This document shows, one piece after another, positions 37,259 through 46,347 of a stretch of 64,000 nt of DNA (within the stretch, counting starts at the first letter, position 1; each line of letters starts with the position of its first letter). The notes beneath the pieces are model-generated. The model ran no database searches. It saw only the letters and a program-made list of their open reading frames with translations, and was not told the origin of the DNA. The stretch comes from an uncultured Verrucomicrobiae bacterium. Its GTDB lineage: Bacteria; Verrucomicrobiota; Verrucomicrobiia; Limisphaerales; Palsa-1400. A program made the translations under genes and the position numbers. The DNA is taken from positions 1,728,001 through 1,792,000 of the forward strand of contig CAVXRD010000002.1 of NCBI GenBank assembly GCA_963764165.1, in the 5' to 3' direction.

Positions 37259-37746
37259 CGGCAAGTGAAAGCGGACGCCGCGGCTTGCGCAAGCCGTTGT
37301 GAGTCAAATACTACAAGAGGGCTGTTTCTTTGGGGGGAGCTTGGCGTATTTGTCAAAGCCAGAATCGGCGGCAGGTCATGGCGAGCTTGAGCCATTGGCG
37401 ACCATGTTTTGGAAGACCACCAGTCAACAGAAATGTCCTGCACGAAATCCGATACCGCCAGCAAACGGCGGGCCGGTATCCGCGTCGGCAAAGGAGGCAG
37501 GCGCTGCGGTCAGCCGCAGGGCGATTTCTATGGGTGGGTTTGCGTGGCATTGGCGATGACCTTGTTTACACGATTGATTTCAACTCTATGGTTTCCAACT
37601 CATTCATTCACCGCTCGTTACACTGGATTACATCGGAAAGCCTCACTGAAACTTTAGGAGCGCTACGCAGCGGTTTCCAGAAAGCTGGGCAGGATTCTTC
37701 TCCTTCGCCAAAAAAGATTTGAACAAACGGCAACCCGGCGCGTCTT

Positions 37747-37763
37747 ACTTTGTATTGCAAAGT
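37747..37763. promoter_or_regulatory. Palindromic operator-like site
   Basis: ACTTTG-tattg-CAAAGT, about 25 bp upstream of the 37788 start. Confidence 0.5.
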
Positions 37764-37787
37764 GAAGTTTGTTTTTGAAAGGAAAGT

Positions 37788-38492
37788 GTGAACGACAAGA
37801 AGCGATGGGTCATTGTCTGCATCTACGCCGTGGCGATGGCGTGGGTGGAATCGGCGGTGGTTTATTATTTGCGCACGATGGTGCATCGGCTGGAGCCTTA
37901 TCAGCCCGATCCGTTTCCAGTCGTCGGAGCGATGGCGCAGGTGGAAATTGTGCGGGAGGCCGCGACGCTGATCATGTTATTTACAGTCGGAATGCTGGCG
38001 GGCCGGAATTGGCGAAGCTGCCTGGGCTACTCCGCCATCGCCTTCGGTGTGTGGGACATTTTTTATTATGTGTTTTTGAAAGTCATGTACGGCTGGCCGC
38101 ATTCGGTGATGGATTGGGATATTTTATTTCTGATCCCGCTGCCGTGGTGGGGTCCCGTGCTGGCGCCGGTGCTCATTTCCGTGCTGCTGATTCTCTGGGG
38201 AACGCTCGGCAGCCAATTCGCCCATGCGCCGGCGCGGTTTCGGGCGCGGCTGACTGCGCTGGCACTGGGAGCATTCGGTGTGGTGGCGGCCCTGTGTGTG
38301 TTCATGGCTGACACCATGGCCGCGGCTTCCCGCGGCCCGGTTGCCGTGCGAAATGCGCTGCCGAAATCATTCAACTGGCTGGCCTTCGCCGGCGCTCTTC
38401 TGTTGATGTCCGCGCCCATCATCCATCACGCGTGGCTGCTGTGGAGGCAGCAGCGCGATTCCCTCAATATTTCGACAAATACGGCTCGATGA
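37788..38492 (+). CDS. Conserved-looking hypothetical membrane protein
   Basis: AMAWVESAVVYYLR, REAATLIML, FGVWDIFYY and DWDILFLIPLPWWGPVLAP segments; AAGGAAAG RBS with GTG start. Confidence 0.75.
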   Translation: MNDKKRWVIVCIYAVAMAWVESAVVYYLRTMVHRLEPYQPDPFPVVGAMAQVEIVREAATLIMLFTVGMLAGRNWRSCLGYSAIAFGVWDIFYYVFLKVMYGWPHSVMDWDILFLIPLPWWGPVLAPVLISVLLILWGTLGSQFAHAPARFRARLTALALGAFGVVAALCVFMADTMAAASRGPVAVRNALPKSFNWLAFAGALLLMSAPIIHHAWLLWRQQRDSLNISTNTAR

Positions 38493-39126
38493 CTTTTTTC
38501 AGAATGGCGTATCCCTTCAAGTTCGGGTGCAGCCGGTCCGCAAGGAAATAATCTGAATTCGCTTTTCCATCCGGTCCCAGCAATGAAGGGAAGGCGTCGA
38601 TGAAAATCAATTTGTCGTCGTGATCAATATAATCGCGGATCAACTTGTTCGCCGTCTTGACCTTGTCGATTTGCAACGAGCGAACGGGCGTCGTCAAAAT
38701 GGAAACGAAGGCGAGCCGGGCATTGGGCAATTTCTCATGCATCTTGGCCACGAAAATTTTGAAACCCTCAAACACCTGCTCGGGCGATTTGCGGTCATTG
38801 ATGTCATTGGATCCCTCGTAAAGCACGATCAACGCTGGATGATAAGGCGCGACGATTGTGTCAAAATAATAGTTGGCATCGCTCATCTGCGATCCGCCAA
38901 AGCCGCGGTTGATCGCCTTGTGCTCCGCAAAATCTTTCTCAAGCGAATTCCAAAGCCGGAACGTCGAGCTGCCAATGAAAAGGACAGCGTCCCTGGGCGG
39001 CGGATGCGCGGCGTCAGCCGTCGTGAAAGCTTCAATGTCTTTCTCGAAGCGCTTGGGATCCTGGGCTAAGGCGGAAAAGGTCATTGCCAGGAGAGCTGTC
39101 AATACTAGTATTGGATTTGGTTTCAT
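38464..39126 (-). CDS. Secreted SGNH/GDSL hydrolase
   Basis: FIGSST, NRGFGGS, YEGSND and DRLHPN motifs. Confidence 0.9.
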   Translation of the reverse strand: MKPNPILVLTALLAMTFSALAQDPKRFEKDIEAFTTADAAHPPPRDAVLFIGSSTFRLWNSLEKDFAEHKAINRGFGGSQMSDANYYFDTIVAPYHPALIVLYEGSNDINDRKSPEQVFEGFKIFVAKMHEKLPNARLAFVSILTTPVRSLQIDKVKTANKLIRDYIDHDDKLIFIDAFPSLLGPDGKANSDYFLADRLHPNLKGYAILKKVIEPYLSKY

Positions 39127-40421
39127 CGGAGCCAGGCGGGAATTTTTTCATCCGCCCAAAGCTGCTCGAGGCGCTGGCGCGGGCGGATCAATGCAGTCCG
39201 GGAGCCGTGGACCAGGACCTCGGCGGCCATCGCGCGGGTGTTGTAATTGGATGCCATGGTGAACCCATACGCCCCCGCGCTCATCAGCGCAAGAAAATCG
39301 CCCTCGCGCGCCTTGGGGAGCGGGCGGTTTTTGCAGAAGAAATCGCCTGATTCGCATACAGGCCCAACCACATCCGACGAAACCAATTCGCCCGCGCGTT
39401 TCCGCACCGGCACAATTTCGTGGTAGGCGTCATACATGGCGGGGCGGATCAAGTCATTCATCGCCGCGTCAACAATGACAAAGGTCTTGGCGCCGGTATG
39501 TTTGACAAATTCAACGCGGGTGACAAGCACGCCGGAATTGCCGGCAATGAAGCGGCCGGGTTCGAGCAGAATCTTCACCCCCATTTGCGCGAACAGCGGC
39601 TTGAGCCGTTCGGCGTAGCGGCTCGGCGTGAGCAATTTCGATCCCGCCGGGGATGCCCACCAGGCGTCCGGGCCGCTCTCGAGGGCGGGGTTGTAGACAA
39701 TTCCCAATCCGCCCCCGATGCTGAAAAATTCCAGCCCGTATTTATCCTTCAGCGCCGCCACCAGCGGCGACAGCTTTTTGACCGCGGTCTCGAAAGGCGT
39801 GACATCTGTCAGTTGGGAGCCAATGTGCGTCTGCAAACCGCGCCACCGCAAATTCTTCAATTTCGTCGCGCGCGCATAAACGGCTTCGATCTCCTCGAAC
39901 GGAATGCCGAATTTGTTCTCGTAAGTGCCCGTGGTGATTTTGGCGTGCGTGTGCGCGTCGACGTTCGGATTAACGCGGATGGCGACGGGGGCGATTTTCT
40001 TGCACTTGCCCGCCACTCGATTGATGCGGGCAAGTTCTGGCTCGCTCTCGACATTGAAGCAATACACGCCGCGATAAAGCGCGAATTCGATTTCGCGATC
40101 CGTCTTGCCGACGCCCGCGAAAACGCATTTGGCCGGGTCGCCGCCCGCAGCAAGGACGCGGCGAAGCTCGCCTTCGCTCACGATATCGAAACCCGCGCCA
40201 AGCTGCGCCAAAACGCGAAGAATGGCGACGTTGGAATTCGCTTTGACAGCGTAGCAGATTTGGTGGTCGAGGGGCTGGAGCGCCGAGTCCAAATCATTGA
40301 AGCGCCGGGTCAGCGTCTCCTGCGAATAAACGTAGAGCGGCGTGCCGTGGCGAGCGGCGAGTTCTTTGATAGGCGTTTTTTCGCAAAACAATTCATTCTT
40401 GCGGTAGAAAAAAGAATGCAT
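39123..40421 (-). CDS. lysA: Diaminopimelate decarboxylase
   Basis: TPLYVYS, YAVKAN, HIGSQ, GGGLG, EPGRF, VGPVCESGD and AGAYGFTMASNYN motifs. Confidence 0.97.
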   Translation of the reverse strand: MHSFFYRKNELFCEKTPIKELAARHGTPLYVYSQETLTRRFNDLDSALQPLDHQICYAVKANSNVAILRVLAQLGAGFDIVSEGELRRVLAAGGDPAKCVFAGVGKTDREIEFALYRGVYCFNVESEPELARINRVAGKCKKIAPVAIRVNPNVDAHTHAKITTGTYENKFGIPFEEIEAVYARATKLKNLRWRGLQTHIGSQLTDVTPFETAVKKLSPLVAALKDKYGLEFFSIGGGLGIVYNPALESGPDAWWASPAGSKLLTPSRYAERLKPLFAQMGVKILLEPGRFIAGNSGVLVTRVEFVKHTGAKTFVIVDAAMNDLIRPAMYDAYHEIVPVRKRAGELVSSDVVGPVCESGDFFCKNRPLPKAREGDFLALMSAGAYGFTMASNYNTRAMAAEVLVHGSRTALIRPRQRLEQLWADEKIPAWLR

Positions 40422-40451
40422 GGTCAGTTCAAAGCATGGCGCACTATCAAT

Positions 40452-40486
40452 AAAATGAAAACCCCGCCGGCGGTCGCACCGGCGGG
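40452..40486 (-). terminator. Intrinsic terminator between the K/A-rich gene and lysA
   Basis: Stem cccgccgg (40463-40470)/ccggcggg (40479-40486), followed on the minus strand by gttttcatttt. Confidence 0.6.
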
Positions 40487-40503
40487 TCAAAGGAGCGAAT
40501 CCG

Positions 40504-41472
40504 TTATGGTTCAGCCAGAATTTTGGCGCGGGCCGTGTGATACTCCATCGGCGTAATCTGGTCCGCTTGGTACTTTCGGAGAAGGTCAGCCAGGCGCTGC
40601 TCTTTCGTCGGCGGCCCCGAGGCGGCGGCCATGGCGGTGGGGCCGGATTTGGCCGTGCCCGTTTTTGCAGTGGACGTCTTGGAAGCCGACACAGAAGCGG
40701 CAGGCACTTGCTTATTCAGCTTTTCGAGATTGGCGGCGGTTTCCTGCTGGGCTTTTTTGCGTTTCGCGGCGGCTTCGGCGTCAGCGAGCTTCTTCTTCTC
40801 CTGATCTTTCTTCATTTTGGCGTCGTTCTCAGCCTTGAGCTTGGCGGCGCGATCCTTGTCGGCAGCCATCTTCTTGGAGTCCTGGTCCGCCTTCAGCTTC
40901 GCGGCTTCCGCCTTGGCTTTTTCGTCGCGGGCTTTCGCATCGGCGGCCGCCTTTGTGGCGGTGGCATTTGCCATGTCTTTTTTGCGCTGTTCCTCCGCCT
41001 TCAGCTTGGCATCGGCTTCTTCGCGCTTCTTCTTCTCGTCAAATTTTGCCTGCTCGTCCTTGAGCCGAGCGTCGGCTTTGGCTTTGGCTTCCGCGTCCTT
41101 CTTCGCTTGCTCGGCGGCTTTTGCCCTGGCTTTGGCTTCCTTGATGGCAGCTTCCTTCTGCGCTTCGGCGGCTTTTTCCTTTTCCTTTTCCACGCGCTTG
41201 GCTTCGCGTTCCGCGGCGAGGCGTTCGGCCTTCTGCTGTTTCTCCGTCGCCTCGGCTTGCTTTTTCGGAGCTTCCGCTTGCTTCTTGGCGGTGACGGGCT
41301 GGGCTTTGGCGGCCATCGGCGGCTGGTTGGTCTCGGCGGCCTTTTCCGCGTCATGGAGCGCCTGGAGCATCTTGGCGGTATCGGGGTTCTCCGGGGCTGG
41401 CTGGCCTTGGGCCGCAAATCCCATGGCGGTGGCAATGGTACACGCCATGAAGCAAGTTTTTAGGTATGTCAT
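40504..41472 (-). CDS. Secreted Lys/Ala/Glu-rich coiled-coil protein (TolA-like composition)
   Basis: Signal peptide, long low-complexity helix, and a short C-terminal module KEQRLADLLRKYQADQITPMEYHTARAKIL. Confidence 0.75.
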   Translation of the reverse strand: MTYLKTCFMACTIATAMGFAAQGQPAPENPDTAKMLQALHDAEKAAETNQPPMAAKAQPVTAKKQAEAPKKQAEATEKQQKAERLAAEREAKRVEKEKEKAAEAQKEAAIKEAKARAKAAEQAKKDAEAKAKADARLKDEQAKFDEKKKREEADAKLKAEEQRKKDMANATATKAAADAKARDEKAKAEAAKLKADQDSKKMAADKDRAAKLKAENDAKMKKDQEKKKLADAEAAAKRKKAQQETAANLEKLNKQVPAASVSASKTSTAKTGTAKSGPTAMAAASGPPTKEQRLADLLRKYQADQITPMEYHTARAKILAEP

Positions 41473-41485
41473 AACTCTTTTTTAC

Positions 41486-42514
41486 TTATTTAGAGGAAAC
41501 ACTGAATGGAAGCAACTCCAATTCTTTCTGAAATTGCGCATGCCACGCGCCGCGAAACGGAAGCAGGAAAATCGTGCGCAGCAATATCGCGCGGATTTCC
41601 GGCCGTGTCACTTTGATGCGCTTCGTTGCGTCAAGCACATTTCCCGCCCGCAGCTTTTGCAGCGTGCGCGCGCCGATCAACACCGGCCATGCGCAGCCTA
41701 ATCGCAGCCGCATTTGTTTTCTCGGCAGGGCTTGAACGTACTGCCAACCCGCTGCCAAATGTCCCTGCGCCATGTCAAGCAGAGGGTCGTAAACAGCGCG
41801 GAATTTCACCCCGTTTTCTGTCAACAGAAGGTCGTTTTGGCTCATTCCGATGAACTTTAACGATTGCGCTGGCATATAACACCGGCCCTGCCGCAAGTCC
41901 TTTGGGATGTCCCGCAGAATGTTGACGAGCTGCAATCCTTTGCCAAACCGGATGCCGTCGCGGAGGAGCGCCGCACGGTCGGCCTCAGCCTCGCGCCACA
42001 AATGCTCCGCGCAGAGTTCCGTCCAGAATTCTCCCACGCAACCGGCTACGCGGTAAGTGTAATCGTCCAATTCCGCCGGCGAATCCAACGCGACGATGTT
42101 CGTCTCGCTGGCGCCGCCGAATCTTTGCAAATCCAATTCCTGCCCGCTAATGATGACATCGAGAACTTTCCGCACGAGTTGGCGGTCGCGTTCTTCCAAT
42201 TCACCAAGCCATTTCAAACTGTCCTCGGAACGTTCCAGCAGGACGCGCTCGGCAACCAATCCCTGGTTTTCCCGCAATTTCGCCAGCGGCAATGGCTCGC
42301 TGCTTTGTCCAAGAATGCGCCGGCGCAACGCCGTCAGCGCGGAAAGCCGGGAGGCAACGTCCACCAGCTCGGTGTCGGCGATGGTGTCGGTGGCGCGCGC
42401 CAGAAGGTAAGCGAGGCTGATTTGCCGCCGGACGCCGCCCGGCAGGACGCGCATCGTCAAGTAGAACGACCGGGAAACATCGCGCAGCAGGGATGTCAAC
42501 AATTCGTCAGCCAC
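41486..42514 (-). CDS. Squalene/phytoene synthase family protein (squalene synthase-like)
   Basis: VSRSFYLT, YLLARATDTIAD, YTYRVAGCVG and GLQLVNILRDIPKD...GRCY motifs. Confidence 0.88.
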   Translation of the reverse strand: MADELLTSLLRDVSRSFYLTMRVLPGGVRRQISLAYLLARATDTIADTELVDVASRLSALTALRRRILGQSSEPLPLAKLRENQGLVAERVLLERSEDSLKWLGELEERDRQLVRKVLDVIISGQELDLQRFGGASETNIVALDSPAELDDYTYRVAGCVGEFWTELCAEHLWREAEADRAALLRDGIRFGKGLQLVNILRDIPKDLRQGRCYMPAQSLKFIGMSQNDLLLTENGVKFRAVYDPLLDMAQGHLAAGWQYVQALPRKQMRLRLGCAWPVLIGARTLQKLRAGNVLDATKRIKVTRPEIRAILLRTIFLLPFRGAWHAQFQKELELLPFSVSSK

Positions 42515-42517
42515 ACA

Positions 42518-42602
42518 AAGGTAGGGACGCCTCGCCGAGGCGTCCGCGCTTACGCGTGAATCGCGCCGCGACCCGGACGCCTCGGCGAGGCGTCCCTGCC
42601 TT
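42518..42602. repeat. GTAG-REP doublet, family A
   Basis: aaggtagggacgcctcgccgaggcgtcc...ggacgcctcggcgaggcgtccctgcctt. Confidence 0.9.
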
Positions 42603-42640
42603 CGCTGGCGCTTTGCCGCGCCGTGAGATGTCTCGCGCAG

Positions 42641-44047
42641 TCATGCTCCGGCCTGGATTTTTCGCCAGCGGGCCAGTTGCTTGGTGATTTGCTGCGGGCT
42701 GGGCGCGCCGACCAGATTGCGCTTGGCGAGAGCCTTCTTCAGGTCAAAAACTTCCAGCACGCTTTCGTCGAAGGCGACATTGATTTCCTTCCATTCCTGA
42801 ATCGTAAGCTGGTCGAGCGGCCGGCCCAATTTCGCCGCCACCGCGACGGCTGTGCCGACGACCTGATGCGCCACGCGGAACGCCATCCCCTTGCGAACCA
42901 GCGCGTCCGCCAGGTCGGTGGCCAGGAGCGACGCGTCGGCCGCGGCGGCAGTGCATTGCGCGGCCCGGATGGTGGTGTTCGCCACCATGCCGGCCATGAG
43001 GCGGACGGCGTTGCGGACGGTATCGGCGGAATCGAAAAGCGGCTCCTTGTCCTCCTGCATGTCCCGGTTGTAGGTCATCGGGAGGCCCTTGAGAATCGTC
43101 AGCAGCGCCACCAAATTCCCATAAACGCGCCCCGATTTTCCGCGCGTCAATTCGGCGACGTCCGGATTTTTCTTTTGCGGCATCAGCGATGAGCCGGTGG
43201 TGTAGGCGTCCGAGATGGTGATGAAATTAAACTCCGCCGTGGCCCACAAAATCCAATCCTCCGCCAGGCGCGACAAATGCGCCGCGATAATCGCTGCCGC
43301 CGCGCAAAATTCCACCGCAAAATCCCGGTCGCTGACGGCATCCATCGAATTTTGCGTCAATCGCGGGCGGCCCTTGTGATCCACAAAGCCCAGCATGGTG
43401 GCAACCATTTCGCGATCAAGCGTCAAGGTGGAACCCGCAATCGCGCCGCTGCCGAGGGGACAAACATTGGCGCGATGAAAGCAATCGACAAGGCGCCCGG
43501 CGTCGCGCTCGAACATTTCCATGTAAGCCATCAAATGATGCGCGACAAAAACCGGCTGCGCCCGCTGCATATGGGTGTAACCGGGCAAAACCACATCGGA
43601 ATTTTCCTCCGCCAGCTTCAGCAGCGCGCCTTGGAGCAAACGCAACCCGCCACTCAAATCCACAATCTCGTCCCGCAGCCACATCCGCATATCGAGCGCG
43701 ACCTGGTCGTTGCGCGAGCGGGCGGTGTGGAGCTTGGCCCCGGCAGGCGTGCGGCGGGTCAATTCGGCCTCGATGTTCATGTGGACATCTTCGAGAGCCG
43801 GATTCCACGGGAATTTATCCTCGCAGATTTCCTGGGCGATATCGTTCATGGCGGTCTCGATTTCGAGCAGTTCGCCCTTGGTCAAAATGCCGATTTTTTC
43901 CAACATGGCGGCATGGGCCAGCGAGCCCAGAATGTCCTGCTCCCACAGCCGCCAATCGAACGAAACGGACTCAGTGTAATGGGCGACATCGGCCTCTGGA
44001 CCTTCCGAGAACCGGCCGCTGCGAGAAACTGGAGAATCGTGATTCAC
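42641..44047 (-). CDS. argH: Argininosuccinate lyase
   Basis: EDVHMNIE, LHTARSRNDQV, PGYTHMQRAQP and TGSSLMPQKKNPD motifs. Confidence 0.97.
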   Translation of the reverse strand: MNHDSPVSRSGRFSEGPEADVAHYTESVSFDWRLWEQDILGSLAHAAMLEKIGILTKGELLEIETAMNDIAQEICEDKFPWNPALEDVHMNIEAELTRRTPAGAKLHTARSRNDQVALDMRMWLRDEIVDLSGGLRLLQGALLKLAEENSDVVLPGYTHMQRAQPVFVAHHLMAYMEMFERDAGRLVDCFHRANVCPLGSGAIAGSTLTLDREMVATMLGFVDHKGRPRLTQNSMDAVSDRDFAVEFCAAAAIIAAHLSRLAEDWILWATAEFNFITISDAYTTGSSLMPQKKNPDVAELTRGKSGRVYGNLVALLTILKGLPMTYNRDMQEDKEPLFDSADTVRNAVRLMAGMVANTTIRAAQCTAAAADASLLATDLADALVRKGMAFRVAHQVVGTAVAVAAKLGRPLDQLTIQEWKEINVAFDESVLEVFDLKKALAKRNLVGAPSPQQITKQLARWRKIQAGA

Positions 44048-44497
44048 CTTGGACGCACTGTGGGGTTTGACCGCGTGAAAGTCACGCAGAAAGGGTGGGC
44101 GCAGCCATCCTGCGGCATTCCGCCGGACGCTTTGAGCATCGAGTTCATTTGTGATTTTTCAAAAAACAGGTGCGATTTGGTGCGACTAGCTGCGATTAGG
44201 TGATACTGGAGTGAGATTGAGTATTCCATGACACGCGCCACTCGCCGGGTTCCCAAAAACAAACGGTGGGTTGGCAAAAGACGCCCGCGCGAGAGTGCGC
44301 GCGCATCCCGAAAAGCGTGTGCGCAGCCCCCGCCACTCCACTGAAAACGTGGAGGAACCTGTTGGCGCTTTTTCAGAGATTATATTGCAATTGACCCTCG
44401 AAACACAGAAACGTGGAATGCGCATGAAGAATTCCAGCCCTGCAACTGCGCGACCGATGCGCATTGACCGCTCCATCCGCAACGCGTATCTTGCGGC

Positions 44498-44890
44498 ATG
44501 ATCGCTGGCAAACCTGCCGCCGCCAACACCGCTCCGTCCGCCAGTTTCCGAATTGGCGATGAACGGCTGATCAAGGTTTGTCCCGCGGCGGCCAAAAAAG
44601 TGACGTCCCTGCTGCAACGCCAGGGCCGGCCCCAAGGCGTTTTGCGCGTGGCTGTGGTCGGCGGCGGATGTTCCGGGCTGCAATACAAAATGGATCTGCA
44701 GGACCAGCCGGCCAATCGCGACATCATGGTGGAAAGCGGCGGCATCCGCGTTGTCGTCGATCCCAAGAGCGCCCTCTATGTGACGGGAAGCGAATTGGAC
44801 TTTGTCGATGCGCTGCAAGATGGCGGGTTCAAAGTGCGCAATCCCAATGCCGCCAGTTCCTGCTCCTGCGGCGAGAGTTTCAGCGCTTAA
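44498..44890 (+). CDS. iscA: A-type Fe-S cluster carrier (IscA/HesB family)
   Basis: GGGCSGLQY and NPNAASSCSCGESF motifs. Confidence 0.93.
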   Translation: MIAGKPAAANTAPSASFRIGDERLIKVCPAAAKKVTSLLQRQGRPQGVLRVAVVGGGCSGLQYKMDLQDQPANRDIMVESGGIRVVVDPKSALYVTGSELDFVDALQDGGFKVRNPNAASSCSCGESFSA

Positions 44891-44902
44891 AAATATTCTC
44901 CG

Positions 44903-45529
44903 GTGGCCGCGACCGATTATTTTGCATTGCTCGGCCAGCCCCGCCTGCCATGGCTGGAGCCCGACGCGCTCAAAGCGGTTTTTCTCGAACTTTCGTCCAA
45001 GTGGCACCCTGACCGAGTCCACACCGAAAGGGCAGACGGGCAATCCGCCGCCACCGCAAAATTCGCCGAGATCAACGCGGCCTATAATTGCCTTCGCGAA
45101 CCGAAGGATCGTGTGCTTCATTTATTCGCGCTGGAAACGGGAGCCCCTCCCGCCAGCGTCCAGAGCATTCCGGGTGATTCGATGGATTTGTTCATGGAAT
45201 GCGGACAGCTTTGCCGCGAGGTGGATCAATTCCTCACCGCGAAAGCCCGCGCCACTTCACCGCTGATCCAAGCGCAGTTGTTTGAACAATCGCTGGATTG
45301 GACGGCAAAGCTCATGGCGCTGCAGCAACGAATCGAGTTGCGGCGCGATGGGCTTTTGGCAGAATTGCGCGCAATGAACGCAGCCTGGGAATCCGCCCCC
45401 GCCGCACCGCCGGAAGCCCGCTCCTCCGCATTGCCGCTGCGGCGGCTGGAAGAGGCCGGCCGGACATTGAGCTACATCACCCGCTGCGCCAGCCAGGCGC
45501 AAGAACGCCTCGCTCAACTTTCTTTTTGA
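44903..45529 (+). CDS. HscB-like J-domain co-chaperone
   Basis: DYFALLG, WHPDR and INAAYNCLREP...R motifs; follows iscA. Confidence 0.8.
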   Translation: MAATDYFALLGQPRLPWLEPDALKAVFLELSSKWHPDRVHTERADGQSAATAKFAEINAAYNCLREPKDRVLHLFALETGAPPASVQSIPGDSMDLFMECGQLCREVDQFLTAKARATSPLIQAQLFEQSLDWTAKLMALQQRIELRRDGLLAELRAMNAAWESAPAAPPEARSSALPLRRLEEAGRTLSYITRCASQAQERLAQLSF

Positions 45530-45531
45530 CA

Positions 45532-46266
45532 ATGATTCGCCACATCAAAATCTCCATACTCGGATTCGTTGCCTTCGCCGCCGCCTTCATTGGCCGCGCG
45601 CAAGCCCAGCCTTCGTGGCAGCAGGAATTCGCAAAAATGCCGCTAGTCGAAAGCGTGACGAACATCGACCGTTTCAATTTCGCCCGCGTCATGCTCAACT
45701 CGTTCAAGAAGAACGACGCCGTGAAGGCCCTCATATTCATGCCCGGAGCGACAGACGAATTCTATTTCTTCCACCGCGCCCACGCGGACATTACGAACGC
45801 AAATCCAACGCTTCTGGACGCTGTCGCCGCCCTGACCAACCATACCTACCTTCACGCCACGGTTGTCGCGCCGTTTCTTGTCATTCACACGACAGAAGAC
45901 CCGCTGGAACCGATCATCATCGTCAAAGACCAGCACACGGCGGACAGGATTCGGCACAAGCATTTCGAGAAGCGCGCGTTGTTCAACGACACAGATTGGG
46001 ACGGAGTCCGCCGGACCCTCGCCATTGATCTCAACACCCGCGCTGCGCCGCCCGAAGGGTCGCACGCTTCCTATCACTTTTTCCGGCATAGCCTTGCCGC
46101 TTACGATTTGGAGGGCTGGGACGCCATTCGCGCGTTGGAGATGGCAGGCAAAACCCAATGCATCATCAAGAAGAATTTGCTGGAATTCGTCGGCGACGAC
46201 CGCTTCCTCGGCGCCCCGGTGCCACCGGATAGTTTTATGCTGAAGGATGCGGGGCTGGTAAAATGA
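45532..46266 (+). CDS. Hypothetical secreted protein
   Basis: ATG 3 nt after the hscB-like stop; signal peptide ending AQA; no family recognised. Confidence 0.7.
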   Translation: MIRHIKISILGFVAFAAAFIGRAQAQPSWQQEFAKMPLVESVTNIDRFNFARVMLNSFKKNDAVKALIFMPGATDEFYFFHRAHADITNANPTLLDAVAALTNHTYLHATVVAPFLVIHTTEDPLEPIIIVKDQHTADRIRHKHFEKRALFNDTDWDGVRRTLAIDLNTRAAPPEGSHASYHFFRHSLAAYDLEGWDAIRALEMAGKTQCIIKKNLLEFVGDDRFLGAPVPPDSFMLKDAGLVK

Positions 46267-46347
46267 CTTGTCGGATCAGCACAAACCGGTCGGTTACGAG
46301 GTGAATCTCCTTGACACCGATGGCTTTTTCAGAAGTAGTTATCGGCC

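Noticed and set aside
37260..37745. Short ORFs in the gap between the kinase and the membrane protein gene
   Set aside because: Several overlapping short frames with no motif or clear RBS; none can be supported.
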